This document shows positions 24,036 to 32,797 of a stretch of 64,000 nt of DNA, in pieces. The position numbers and the translations under genes are program-made. This DNA is from Anaeromyxobacter sp. (GTDB lineage Bacteria; Myxococcota; Myxococcia; Myxococcales; Anaeromyxobacteraceae): contig JASGJN010000014.1 of NCBI GenBank assembly GCA_049840735.1, positions 96,001-160,000 of the forward strand, given 5' to 3'. Each line of letters starts with the position of its first letter. Position 1 is the first letter of the stretch. The notes below the pieces were generated by a model that was not told where the DNA came from, did no database searches, and saw only the letters and a program-made list of their open reading frames with translations.

Positions 24036-24401
24036 CTAGATGTGGTCCTTCTTCTCCAGCGCCTTCACTGCGAATGAATCCATGTCGACCTTCGGGATGG
24101 GCTCCTTGGAGCGCCTGGGGTGCGGAGTGGTGCTTGCGGGCGAGCTGCGCTTCCCGGCGGTCGGCGGGTCCTGCCTCGCTCCCGTGACGGGTGCCCGCGC
24201 GGCAGGCGGCGGGCGCGGGGAGCGGAGGGTTCGGGCGTAGCGAACGAACTGCGAATACGAGAGGTCGAGCTGGCCAGCGAGGGCGTCGTAGATCCAGATC
24301 AGCGTCCTGCCGGCTCGCAGCCCCTTTCGAACCTCTTCCTCGACCGCAGTGAAGGCCGACCGCCCGGTCCTTCGCTTCCGCCCCGATGTGGTGCTCATCA
24401 A
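24036..24401 (-). CDS. TraK/StbA-like DNA-binding protein
   Basis: GRSAFTAVEEEVRKGLRAGRTLIWIY...LSYSQFVRY; position upstream of traL-like gene. Confidence 0.7.
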   Translation of the reverse strand: MMSTTSGRKRRTGRSAFTAVEEEVRKGLRAGRTLIWIYDALAGQLDLSYSQFVRYARTLRSPRPPPAARAPVTGARQDPPTAGKRSSPASTTPHPRRSKEPIPKVDMDSFAVKALEKKDHI

Positions 24402-24681
24402 CGTGCCTCCTCCAGCGACTCACTTCGCGCGCAGAACGGACCGGGAGCCCCTTCAGCAGTGGCAGACGATTCACACAATCAGAAATTGCCCACGAACAAC
24501 CACAAGCATGACAATGTCACGCGTGATGTACGTGACATGCTACGGCAATTGCTACGCGGAAACCGCTGCGCCGCAGCTGTTTCCGTATGACGGTTACCGT
24601 ACGATCGTTTCTTCTCGTTCGTCAAATGAAATTTGGTCTCACCGCTTGCAACGGCAGCACGGATGGGCTACTCAGGGAGGT

Positions 24682-24930
24682 GTGTCCGACCCCAAGGATT
24701 CGAAGGCCGATCCTCTCGCGTTCCCGGAGTTCGTGACGCTCTCGCGACCCCAGCCGCTCTGGACGGTGAAGGAGGTGGCCGAGCGGCTGCAGGTCTCGAC
24801 GGACTACATCTACGCAGCAGCCAGCCGAGGCGAGATCCCCTGCGTGCGCCTGGGCACCAGCCTCAGGTTCCACTACTCGGACGTGGTCACGTTTCTGAAT
24901 CGGCTCCGAACGCTTCCGAAGGAGCGCTGA
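24682..24930 (+). CDS. Excisionase-like HTH protein
   Basis: LWTVKEVAERLQVSTDYIY...GEIPCVRLGTSLRF; GGAGG RBS; precedes integrase. Confidence 0.8.
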   Translation: MSDPKDSKADPLAFPEFVTLSRPQPLWTVKEVAERLQVSTDYIYAAASRGEIPCVRLGTSLRFHYSDVVTFLNRLRTLPKER

Positions 24931-24966
24931 CGCTCCAACGCAGCGTGCGGAGCCTCGAGGTATCGC

Positions 24967-27207
24967 GTGAGCTACCGCCGCAAGGGGTCACCGTATTTCT
25001 GGATCTCCTACGTCGACCACTCCGGGCGACGCGTCCGCGAGAGCACCGGGTTCGTCCGCAAGGCCCAAGCCGACATCCTGGAGCGCGCCAAGCGCAACGG
25101 AGTCGCCTTCGCGCGGGGAGGTCTTCCGGATCCGGACGCCGGGAAGCGGACGACGTTTGCCGACCTCGTGGACTGGTACTGGAAGCGACACGGCAAGAAG
25201 CTCGAATCAACCTCGCTCGAGGGATCGGTCCGCAAGCACCTCGTGCCGAAGCTTGGACATCTGCCCCTCTCGGCCATCACGCCTGCGCTCCTGCAGGAGA
25301 CGCTCGACGACCTCGCCGACGTTCTGAAACCGTCCAGCCGGAACCACCTCCGCGGGAACGTGGGGACGATGTTCAAGCGCGCCAGCAAGCGCGGCGTTGG
25401 CCTCTGGTCAGGACAGAACCCCGTCGAGGAGGTCGAGCGCGCCCCGAGGGTTCAGCGTACGGCGGATCACCTGAACCTGGATGAGGTCGGGCCGCTGCTG
25501 CAGGCCATGCATGGTCAGTGGCGCTGGGTCGTTGCCACCGCCCTCTTCACCGGACTTCGCGAAGGCGAGCTCTTCGGCCTGCTCAAGTCCGACCTCAACT
25601 GGACCCAGCTCGAGATCACGCTTCGGCGGAGCTGGGACAAGGAGACCACCAAGTCCCGCAAGGACCTGGTGATCCCCATCGCGCGAGACCTGGTGCCCTA
25701 CCTCCGCGCCGCGGTGGACTCGTCCGACTCGGTGCTCGTCTTCCCACGGCGGGACGGGCGCATGCACAACGACGAGGTCGACATCAACCGGCGCATCGCG
25801 GTCGGGCTGAAGGCGGCGGGCCTGATCATCGGCTTCGACCACAAGTGTCGGCGCCCGGGCTGCGGGTTCAGGGAACGCAGGAGCTCGAGCAAGCTGACGA
25901 AGTGCCCGACCTGCAACTTCACCCTGTGGGTGTCGCCGGTCCCGCGGCCCATCACCATCCACAAGCTCCGGCACACCACGGGCACGCTGCTCGCCAAGGC
26001 CGGGGTGCCCATCCACATCATCCAGCGCATCCTCGGGCACGCCGATATCCGGGTGACGAGGGAGCACTACCTGCACCTGGACACGAACGATGCCAGGGCG
26101 GCGCTGGACACGAAGCTGGTGTTCCCGGGGCTGCCCAGCGCGACCGATGCCGCCCCAGGCACAATCCAGGCACAGAGCCTCATGCCTGGAAAAGTCGAAG
26201 GCCGCGACCCGACGGTTTCCCGTGCGAAGTCGCGGCCTTCTGAGTCGGGGAGACAGGATTTGAACCTGCGACCCCTTGGTCCCGAAGAAAGTCTACAGAA
26301 CCACCCCAACCCCCTTCAGACACTCCGAATTCGCCGTCAATGCTTGCGGCCCAGCGCTTCTGCGAAGACGCTCACCTTGCATCACGGGGCAGCATTTCCT
26401 ATCATGACACCGCACCGAGAACGCACCGACGCACCGAGAACGCACCGAGCCGGAGGGCGCCATGAAGCGGATCGAGCTGACCACCGAGTGGCTGGGCAAC
26501 TGGGCGCCAATCAAGGAGACGGAGGTCTCCGACCGGGGCTGCAAGGGGCTCGTGATCCGGGGCGGCCCAGCTGGCGGCCGGACCTTCTACCGGTGGTCCG
26601 ACGTTCGCGACACCGCCACCGGCAAGGTCCGGCGCCGGCGCGTGAAGCTCGGACGCTGGCCGGCTCTGTCTCTCTCCGAGGCCCGGAAGGCCGTCCACGA
26701 CGCCCGCGAGACCCTCAAGGCGGAGAGGCCCGGCTCTCCCGACCTCTCTGTCGCCCAGGTCGCAGAAGCGTACCGCCGCGACATCCTCGCCCAGCGCGAG
26801 CCCGCTTCCCTCGCCTGGTCCTGGGGCATCATCCGGACCCACGTCCTCGCGGCGAGACCCGATCCCAGGGGACCGGAGTTCCGGGAGTGGCCGGCCCGCA
26901 CCGTCCGCGCCCCCGACATCGCAGCCGTCATTCGCGCCGCCAAGATGGAGCGCACGGTCGAGGTCAGAACCGAGGATGGCGGTACGGTTGCGCGGAAGCT
27001 GGGCGGGGCCGCCGCCGCTCGCGCCGCCCTCCGCGAGGTCAAGGCCATGTTCGCCGCTGCTGTAGGCTCCGGCTCCCTCGAGATGAGCCCCGCAGCGGTC
27101 CTCCAGGCGAGCGCGCTCGGCCTCAAGGGAACGAAGCGGGGACGCTTCCTGGACAGCAACGAACTCGCTGCACTGTTCGAGGCTCTAGACCTGAACGCGC
27201 TACTTGA
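24967..27207 (+). CDS. Tyrosine integrase of the left island; conserved part ends ~26120, frame runs through att (26239-26286)
   Basis: TGLREGEL, HKLRHT, ILGHAD, HY; Zn-ribbon insert CRRPGC...CPTC; tRNA-derived SGRQDLNLRPLGPE. Confidence 0.85.
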   Translation: MSYRRKGSPYFWISYVDHSGRRVRESTGFVRKAQADILERAKRNGVAFARGGLPDPDAGKRTTFADLVDWYWKRHGKKLESTSLEGSVRKHLVPKLGHLPLSAITPALLQETLDDLADVLKPSSRNHLRGNVGTMFKRASKRGVGLWSGQNPVEEVERAPRVQRTADHLNLDEVGPLLQAMHGQWRWVVATALFTGLREGELFGLLKSDLNWTQLEITLRRSWDKETTKSRKDLVIPIARDLVPYLRAAVDSSDSVLVFPRRDGRMHNDEVDINRRIAVGLKAAGLIIGFDHKCRRPGCGFRERRSSSKLTKCPTCNFTLWVSPVPRPITIHKLRHTTGTLLAKAGVPIHIIQRILGHADIRVTREHYLHLDTNDARAALDTKLVFPGLPSATDAAPGTIQAQSLMPGKVEGRDPTVSRAKSRPSESGRQDLNLRPLGPEESLQNHPNPLQTLRIRRQCLRPSASAKTLTLHHGAAFPIMTPHRERTDAPRTHRAGGRHEADRADHRVAGQLGANQGDGGLRPGLQGARDPGRPSWRPDLLPVVRRSRHRHRQGPAPAREARTLAGSVSLRGPEGRPRRPRDPQGGEARLSRPLCRPGRRSVPPRHPRPARARFPRLVLGHHPDPRPRGETRSQGTGVPGVAGPHRPRPRHRSRHSRRQDGAHGRGQNRGWRYGCAEAGRGRRRSRRPPRGQGHVRRCCRLRLPRDEPRSGPPGERARPQGNEAGTLPGQQRTRCTVRGSRPERAT
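26197..26240 (-). terminator. Hairpin abutting att, probable tRNA terminator supplied by the left island
   Basis: GAAGGCCGCGAC...GTCGCGGCCTTC 12-bp inverted repeat, followed by a short T-run on the minus strand. Confidence 0.55.
26239..26286. repeat. att core: duplicated 3' half of tRNA-Pro
   Basis: 48 bp identical to 38689-38736. Confidence 0.95.
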
Positions 27208-27831
27208 CGGGACGGCCAAGGACCAGAAGCTCTCCAAGACGGTTCGACTCGGTATCGCGTTCCTGCATTACGTGCCCGTGCGCACACACAGCCTTGTGGC
27301 GGCTGAGTGGAGGGAGTTCGACCTTGAGGCCTGCCGGTGGACCATCCCTGTCGCAAGGATGAAGCTCCACCGCGATGACCGCGCCGAGGCTCGACCGTTC
27401 GTCGTGCCACTGCCGCCCACGGCCATCGCCATCCTGAAGCGCCTCCAGGAACAGGCGGGCGGTAGCCGCTGGGTGCTGGCCAGCCCCAAGGACCCCAAGA
27501 AGCACGTCGGGGCCAAGGTGCTCGTTCGAGCCCTGGCGCGCCTCCAGGAGAGCGGGCGACTTTCCTTCGGATCCCGACTGACCATCCACGACGCCCGGCG
27601 CACCTGGCGCCGATGGGCCGGGAACTCGGCGTTTCCTTCGAGGTCGCCGAGAAGAGCCTCGCCCACGCGCTGCCTGGCGTCGCCGATACTTACGCCAAGG
27701 CCGAACTCGTCGAGCAGCGTGCGGACTCGGCCAACCTCGTGGCTGCCGCATTCGACCGGATTCGGCTGGGCCAGAATGCTTCCGTGGTTCCCATGGCCGC
27801 CCGTTCGCGCGCGGAAAGACCACGGCCGTAG
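26462..27831 (+). CDS. P4-like tyrosine integrase with N-terminal arm-binding domain (frameshift ~27620, likely a G-run error)
   Basis: SDRGCKGLVIR...KLGRWPALSLSEAR; HDARRT; continues GELGVSFEVAEKSLAH...TY in the shifted frame. Confidence 0.85.
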
Positions 27832-28061
27832 GAGGGGTGTATAATGGTCTTAGGTGGACTAACGCAGAGTGCCATCGAGCGAGCCGGTACCAAGAAACTC
27901 GCCCACCTTGGCGGATTGTCCTGCTAGAACGCGCCCACCCCTCGTCAGGGAGCGCGCTCATATCGCCCGCCGCACTGATTGTGCGGCCCACATAGTTGGA
28001 CCTTTTCGACGCCCAGGGTGAGCCGGCCACCCGGGGAGGATCTTATCGAAAAGGCCCCGCT

Positions 28062-28238
28062 ATGCCCGGCAACAAGCCCAGTTCACAGCCAAGCAAGCAG
28101 CTCAACATCCTGATCGACGCGGAGATCAAGGACCGCATCGTCGCGTTCGCGCGGCGGCGTGGTTGCTTCCTGCGCCGCGCAGTTGCTGACGCCATCGCGT
28201 CGTATCTCGCGAACGAGGAGAAGGGGGTGCGCCATTGA
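28062..28238 (+). CDS. Ribbon-helix-helix-like regulator
   Basis: KQLNILIDAEIKDRIVAFARRRG...AVADAIASYL. Confidence 0.6.
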   Translation: MPGNKPSSQPSKQLNILIDAEIKDRIVAFARRRGCFLRRAVADAIASYLANEEKGVRH

Positions 28239-28442
28239 CCGCCCCCGCCTCTCGCGTCCTCACTGGCCCTGAGTGCTGCGCCGCCTTCGGGGTCAGCCCC
28301 GCCACCTGGAGCCGCTGGGTCAAGGCAGGCTACGCCCCTCGGCCCGTCCGCATCGCTGGCCGACCCCGTTGGCTTCGCGCCGAGATTCGACTCCTTCCTG
28401 CAGCGCCTGGTCGAGGACCGCGACGGGTGCTCCAATGCGTAG
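28235..28442 (+). CDS. AlpA-like HTH regulator/RDF (frameshift ~28386)
   Basis: VLTGPECCAAFGVSPATWSRWVKAGYAPRPVRIAGRPRWLRAEI. Confidence 0.75.
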
Positions 28443-28866
28443 CCCCTTCCCTATCGACTTCTCGCGTCCTGTCGAGCTCACACCGAAGGAGCTGCGTCTC
28501 CGGCTCGAGGACCTCCTCGGCCGTAGAATTTCGGCGAGGACGTTCGCCTACTGGAGGAAGCAGGGCTGGGTCGCCGAGCCCTTCGCCCGCCGCCCCCGCG
28601 GCTACCGCGGTGAGTGCTGTGTGTGGACCACCGACCAGGTGCCGCGCATGGCAGCGAGTATCGCCGCGCACGTCCGCCGCTCCGCGACCAAGAAGGAGAT
28701 CGACGAGCGGGTGAGCAACGGTCGGGAGCGGCACAACGAGCGTCGGCGCGAAGCCGCGGACATCGCCCAGATCGCTAGAGCGTGCGCAGAGAACGGGCTC
28801 TACGCCATGGCGCGCGTGTCGTTGATGAGCCTGCTCAGGTCCCACGGGGTCGAGGTGCAGTCATGA
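28435..28866 (+). CDS. MerR-like HTH protein
   Basis: ISARTFAYWRKQGWVAEP; overlaps neighbouring genes. Confidence 0.55.
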   Translation: MRSPFPIDFSRPVELTPKELRLRLEDLLGRRISARTFAYWRKQGWVAEPFARRPRGYRGECCVWTTDQVPRMAASIAAHVRRSATKKEIDERVSNGRERHNERRREAADIAQIARACAENGLYAMARVSLMSLLRSHGVEVQS

Positions 28867-29072
28867 CGGAACGCATCCTCGGACTGCCCGCGGGCTGGCG
28901 TCGCGCCTGCAGCGACCTACCGACCATCATCCGTGCTCGCCGCGTCTTCATCCTCGCAGATGGAACCACCCTCCGAGTGGACGACGAGGGTCACCTTGGC
29001 CACGTGATGCAGGGTGGAACGCCTGGGCTGCGCTCGATTGCTGCCGATCCCGACCCCGGGAGGCGTCCATGA
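28863..29072 (+). CDS. Small hypothetical protein
   Basis: ATGA overlaps at both ends. Confidence 0.5.
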   Translation: MTERILGLPAGWRRACSDLPTIIRARRVFILADGTTLRVDDEGHLGHVMQGGTPGLRSIAADPDPGRRP

Positions 29073-29284
29073 TGAGTTCTGGCCAGCTCGAACTCCAGGA
29101 ACGATGTCCGCGCTGCGGTTCACCGCTCCGAACTCTCGCCTCCCTCGCAGCCCTTGCGCGCACCGCCGAAATAGCGCTCAGCCGTCGCAAGCTCGCCCTT
29201 CCCGACTCCGTCCCTGCAGCGCTCAAGGTGTTGGCGTCTTCGTTGCCGTGCCACGCCGGGACTTGCTTCGAGGGAACAGCATGA
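29069..29284 (+). CDS. Small Zn-finger-like protein
   Basis: CPRC...CHAGTC; ATGA overlaps. Confidence 0.5.
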   Translation: MMSSGQLELQERCPRCGSPLRTLASLAALARTAEIALSRRKLALPDSVPAALKVLASSLPCHAGTCFEGTA

Positions 29285-30399
29285 CCGAGGCCACCGCCGA
29301 GAGATTCGTTGGCTGCGGCGACATGCTCGAAGAGGTTCGGTCGCATGCTGACGCCGCGATTCAGAAGCACGAGGCAGCGATCGCGATGCGCCGCGAAGGT
29401 CTCCTGTCCGTCAACGAGATCTTCGCTCCGCTCCCCCCAGTCGACTGGCTCTGCCAGCCCCTCGACATGGCCGCCGGCGCCCCCGTCCTCTTCGCCGGAT
29501 ACGGGTTCAGCGGCAAGACGGTGTCTGCCCAAGACCTCGCCCTCGCCGTAGCAACAGGCGGCCGCGTCTGGGGCATGTTCAACGTCCGCAAGGGTCGCGT
29601 CCTGCACCTCGACTACGAGCAGGGCGCCTATCTCACCCGCACCCGCTATCAGCGCCTGGCGCGCGCCAGAGGCCTCAGCGCAGCCGATTTGGAGGGTAGC
29701 CTCGTCCTTGCCCCGCTGCCGTCCTGGTACCTCGACAACGACGCCCAGGACCGTCTAGCCCGCCTTGCCGAAGGCTTCGACCTCCTGGTGGTGGACTCGT
29801 TCCGCGCCGCCTGCCCTGGGACGGACGAGAACTCGTCGGACGCCCGGATCCCCCTCGACCGCCTGAACCGCATCGCCGAACGAACCGGCGCCACCCCTGT
29901 CGTCATCCATCATGCCCGGAAGCCGACCAGGGACGCCCAGGGCGGTGCCCGCATGTCGATCCGCGGCTCCGGCGCCATGTACGACGCCTGCGGGTCCGTC
30001 CTGGTCTTCGCCGCCGAGAAGGGCGAACCCATCACCGTGGAGCACGAGAAGGCCCGCATCAGCGGCCGCACCCACGATGCCTTCCGACTCCACATCGTGG
30101 ACGTGGAGATTGCCGGGGACCCCAACGCCGGCCTTCGCGTGACCGCGCTCGCCAACGCCGACAACCCGCCTGCTCCGAAGGCCTTCGTCGAGCTCAAGCG
30201 CCGCATCCTCGAGTTACTCAAGGAGGAGGGAGGCATCGTAACCGGCGGAGTGAACGTCCTCAGGGCGCGTCTGGACGCCCGCAAGGAGGACGTGTCCGCC
30301 GCCATCCACGAACTTGAGCGGGAGCATGCCCTGATTCGGGGAGGTACCTATCGCGCCCCCACTCTCAGACTCACGGGAACCGATTGTGACTCCCGGTGA
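29281..30399 (+). CDS. RepA/AAA_25-like replicative helicase with C-terminal wHTH-like tail
   Basis: PPVDWL, GYGFSGKT, VLHLDYE, LLVVDS, DEN, VIHHARK, RGSGA. Confidence 0.85.
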   Translation: MTEATAERFVGCGDMLEEVRSHADAAIQKHEAAIAMRREGLLSVNEIFAPLPPVDWLCQPLDMAAGAPVLFAGYGFSGKTVSAQDLALAVATGGRVWGMFNVRKGRVLHLDYEQGAYLTRTRYQRLARARGLSAADLEGSLVLAPLPSWYLDNDAQDRLARLAEGFDLLVVDSFRAACPGTDENSSDARIPLDRLNRIAERTGATPVVIHHARKPTRDAQGGARMSIRGSGAMYDACGSVLVFAAEKGEPITVEHEKARISGRTHDAFRLHIVDVEIAGDPNAGLRVTALANADNPPAPKAFVELKRRILELLKEEGGIVTGGVNVLRARLDARKEDVSAAIHELEREHALIRGGTYRAPTLRLTGTDCDSR

Positions 30400-30530
30400 C
30401 ACGCTCAGGCCCGTGCCCCGCTGCGTTCGGATTGGTTCCCGGCCTAAAGGCCGGGAACCGATTCCGATCCGAACCGCGGTCCGGGTCATCGGTTCCGGGA
30501 ACCGATTGGGAACCGAACGGGAACCGATTC
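30375..30530. promoter_or_regulatory. Putative iteron-type replication origin
   Basis: Multiple direct and inverted GGAACCGA(TT) copies at and just after the end of the helicase gene. Confidence 0.65.
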
Positions 30531-30609
30531 CATTGCTGACCCCCTCTACCCTCGTTGCATAGGTTGCACGGGTACGAAGGAAGCGCTGCGTTCGCTAGTC
30601 TTCGAAGCA

Positions 30610-30917
30610 TGCCGCGAACCAAGCGAGAGCCAGCGCCGTCCGCCCCCAGGCCCCTTGGGCTCGACCTGGCCGGTGCCGCGAGCGCCGGTGAGGCCTACGA
30701 GCGGATCGCTCGGGCGTTCGACGAGGGCCGTCTCTCGGCCGCCGACGCCCGGATCGCGGTGGACCTGCTCAAGATCCGGAGCACGGTCGTCGCTGCCGAG
30801 GAGTTCCGGAGGCGGCTCGAGCTCGCCGAAGCGGCCGCCCGAGAGGCGCAGAGGGCCTCTCTCCCGGCTCGTCGTCAGGTCATCGAGGTCGAGGAGGGCC
30901 GCCTTGAAAGCAACTGA
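30610..30917 (+). CDS. Small helical protein, possible terminase small subunit-like
   Basis: ARAFDEGRLSAADARIAVDLL...EEFRRRLELAE, similar to the C-terminal half of DUF5681-type proteins. Confidence 0.45.
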
Positions 30918-31130
30918 CCCCTTTCTCCCCGAGAATGCGGCCGCTCTCACGCCAGGCGTTTCTGCGGACTTGCGCCACCTCGGTGCGGCCCTCGGTGCGT
31001 TCCGGGGCCACCGGAGCGCGATGTTTCCGGACCTCGGCGGTGGGGCTCACCGGCCGGCCCCGTGGCGTCCTGCGACCCCCTCCGCGCCACGGGTCCGGTC
31101 GGAGCCCAGTTCCAAACTCCCGGTGCATGC

Positions 31131-32114
31131 ATGAACAAGGAACTCTCCCGCCGCGAGGCCATCCGGCAGGCTCGAACCGCGCGGCGCCCCTCCCAGCGGC
31201 CCCAGCCTGCGCGGGAAGAGGTCCAGGCGTTCGAGGCTGACCTGGAGATTGCCGCCAAGGCCCGCATGCTCTCGCCGGCGCAGCTGCAGGCCATCGCCGC
31301 CAGGGATCCTGGCTTTCTCCCCTCGCTGCAGTCGGCCCTGGCCACCGAGCAGCGCTTCCGTGAGTCCACCCTGCGACACACGTACGCGGAGGAGGTCGCG
31401 AAGCGCCACCAGGACATGGCGACCGATGACCCTTCCGGCATCTGGGCGGGGACCAACCCCATCGCCCGCGGCCTCCGCGACCCAGAGCATCAGGCGACCA
31501 CGGCTCGCTTTCTCGAGCAGAACCGTATCAGTTGGCAGGGCTACCCGAGCCCATCGGCCGCCCTGTTCGCGTTCGCGGCCAAGGTTGCCATGGGGAGACA
31601 CCCGAGCCGCTCAAGGGGCGAGAGCTGTTCAAGCCGGGGCGCCCCGTCGCCGAGCAGTTGGCTGAGCGATTCCCCGATCTCGGCAACGCGCAGGAGATTG
31701 CGGCCAGCCTGGAGAATCTCCAGCGGGCAGCCCATGAGATCCGGTACCTGCACAAGCTGAGGGCCTCAGATTTGGCGGAGCCGAAGCGCGAGCCCAGTGC
31801 GGACATGAAGCGGCGAGCCCAGGAGCAGACCGACCGCCGGGAGGCGATTGAGCGGGCCGGCAGGGACGTTGGATTCAAGGAGGAGCCGACAGAGCTCGGA
31901 TTCCGCCATGAGCGGGTACCTGGCTGCGGCCGCGGCTCACCTTGAGGGCCGGGAGCTCAACGTCCGCTTCACCCCTGATGCCGCCAAGCAGATCGAGCGG
32001 GACATGAACCGTGAGGCGCCGAAGGACGAGAGGCGCGCGGCCCTTGAGGCTGCCGCGCAGTCCGTCGGCGGCAACCCGACCAGCTCTGGAGACACCGACC
32101 ATGCCGAAGGCTGA
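31131..32114 (+). CDS. Hypothetical helical protein, apparently broken by frameshifts (~31595, ~31905)
   Basis: Three consecutive overlapping coding-like frames. Confidence 0.45.
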
Positions 32115-32793
32115 AGCACCCGTGACACTGCTCGACTTCGTCCAGGACGAGCTCGCTGAACTCCCGAAGCTCAAGGCCCAGCGCGACGCAGCGGATGCCG
32201 AGGCCCGGAAGATCGCCTCCGCCGCTGCAACCATCCAGGACAAGATCGACCTCCGGCGCCACAATGAGGGGCCGGTGCATCGCCAGGCGATCCTCGTTCA
32301 GGCCGCACTCGACGGCAAGCCGCTACCGCCTGAGCCCCCGCCCCCGCCCGGCGCCTCGCTCTCCGACCTCGAACTCGCGCTGATGGGCCTGGAGGAGAAG
32401 CAGAAGCAGGCCGAAGAGCGGGTGGCGGAGCTGCACGGCAAGCTGCGGACGAAGGTCTTCGACCTCTTCCCCCTGGCCGCTGAGCGTGCGGCCGCCGCGT
32501 ACCTCGAGGCGGCCCAGCGGTTGGGCGAGCTGCACGCGGCCATCGGGGCCTGCAACCACCTCCGCACGTCCTTCGAGCCGCTCAAGCCTCTCGTCGGGCA
32601 GGAGTGGATGAAGGTCCTCGTTCCGTCCTCCGGCCTGCTTCGGACGCTCGAGGGCCGGGGGCTCACCCTGAACTTCCAGACGGTCCTCTACGGCGGCAGC
32701 GAAGAGGGCACGACCAGGGGCGCGGTGCAGGCGTACCAGGCTGCCAAGGCGAGCATCACGGCCCTGCTCGGCGAGTGGCCGCTCGGGAGGTGA
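32101..32793 (+). CDS. Coiled-coil hypothetical protein
   Basis: Long heptad-like helices with a central proline hinge PPEPPPPP. Confidence 0.65.
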   Translation: MPKAEAPVTLLDFVQDELAELPKLKAQRDAADAEARKIASAAATIQDKIDLRRHNEGPVHRQAILVQAALDGKPLPPEPPPPPGASLSDLELALMGLEEKQKQAEERVAELHGKLRTKVFDLFPLAAERAAAAYLEAAQRLGELHAAIGACNHLRTSFEPLKPLVGQEWMKVLVPSSGLLRTLEGRGLTLNFQTVLYGGSEEGTTRGAVQAYQAAKASITALLGEWPLGR

Positions 32794-32797
32794 GGAC

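Noticed and set aside
25840..25930. Zn-ribbon insertion in the integrase as a novelty
   Set aside because: I recall this as a common feature of myxobacterial (Mx8-like) integrases, so it is not flagged as new
26239..26286. Second tRNA-Pro gene
   Set aside because: Only the 3' half is present; it is the att duplication
26287..27207. Novel C-terminal domain of a 746-aa integrase
   Set aside because: It is read-through across att into an alternative frame of the second integrase; the composition is not domain-like
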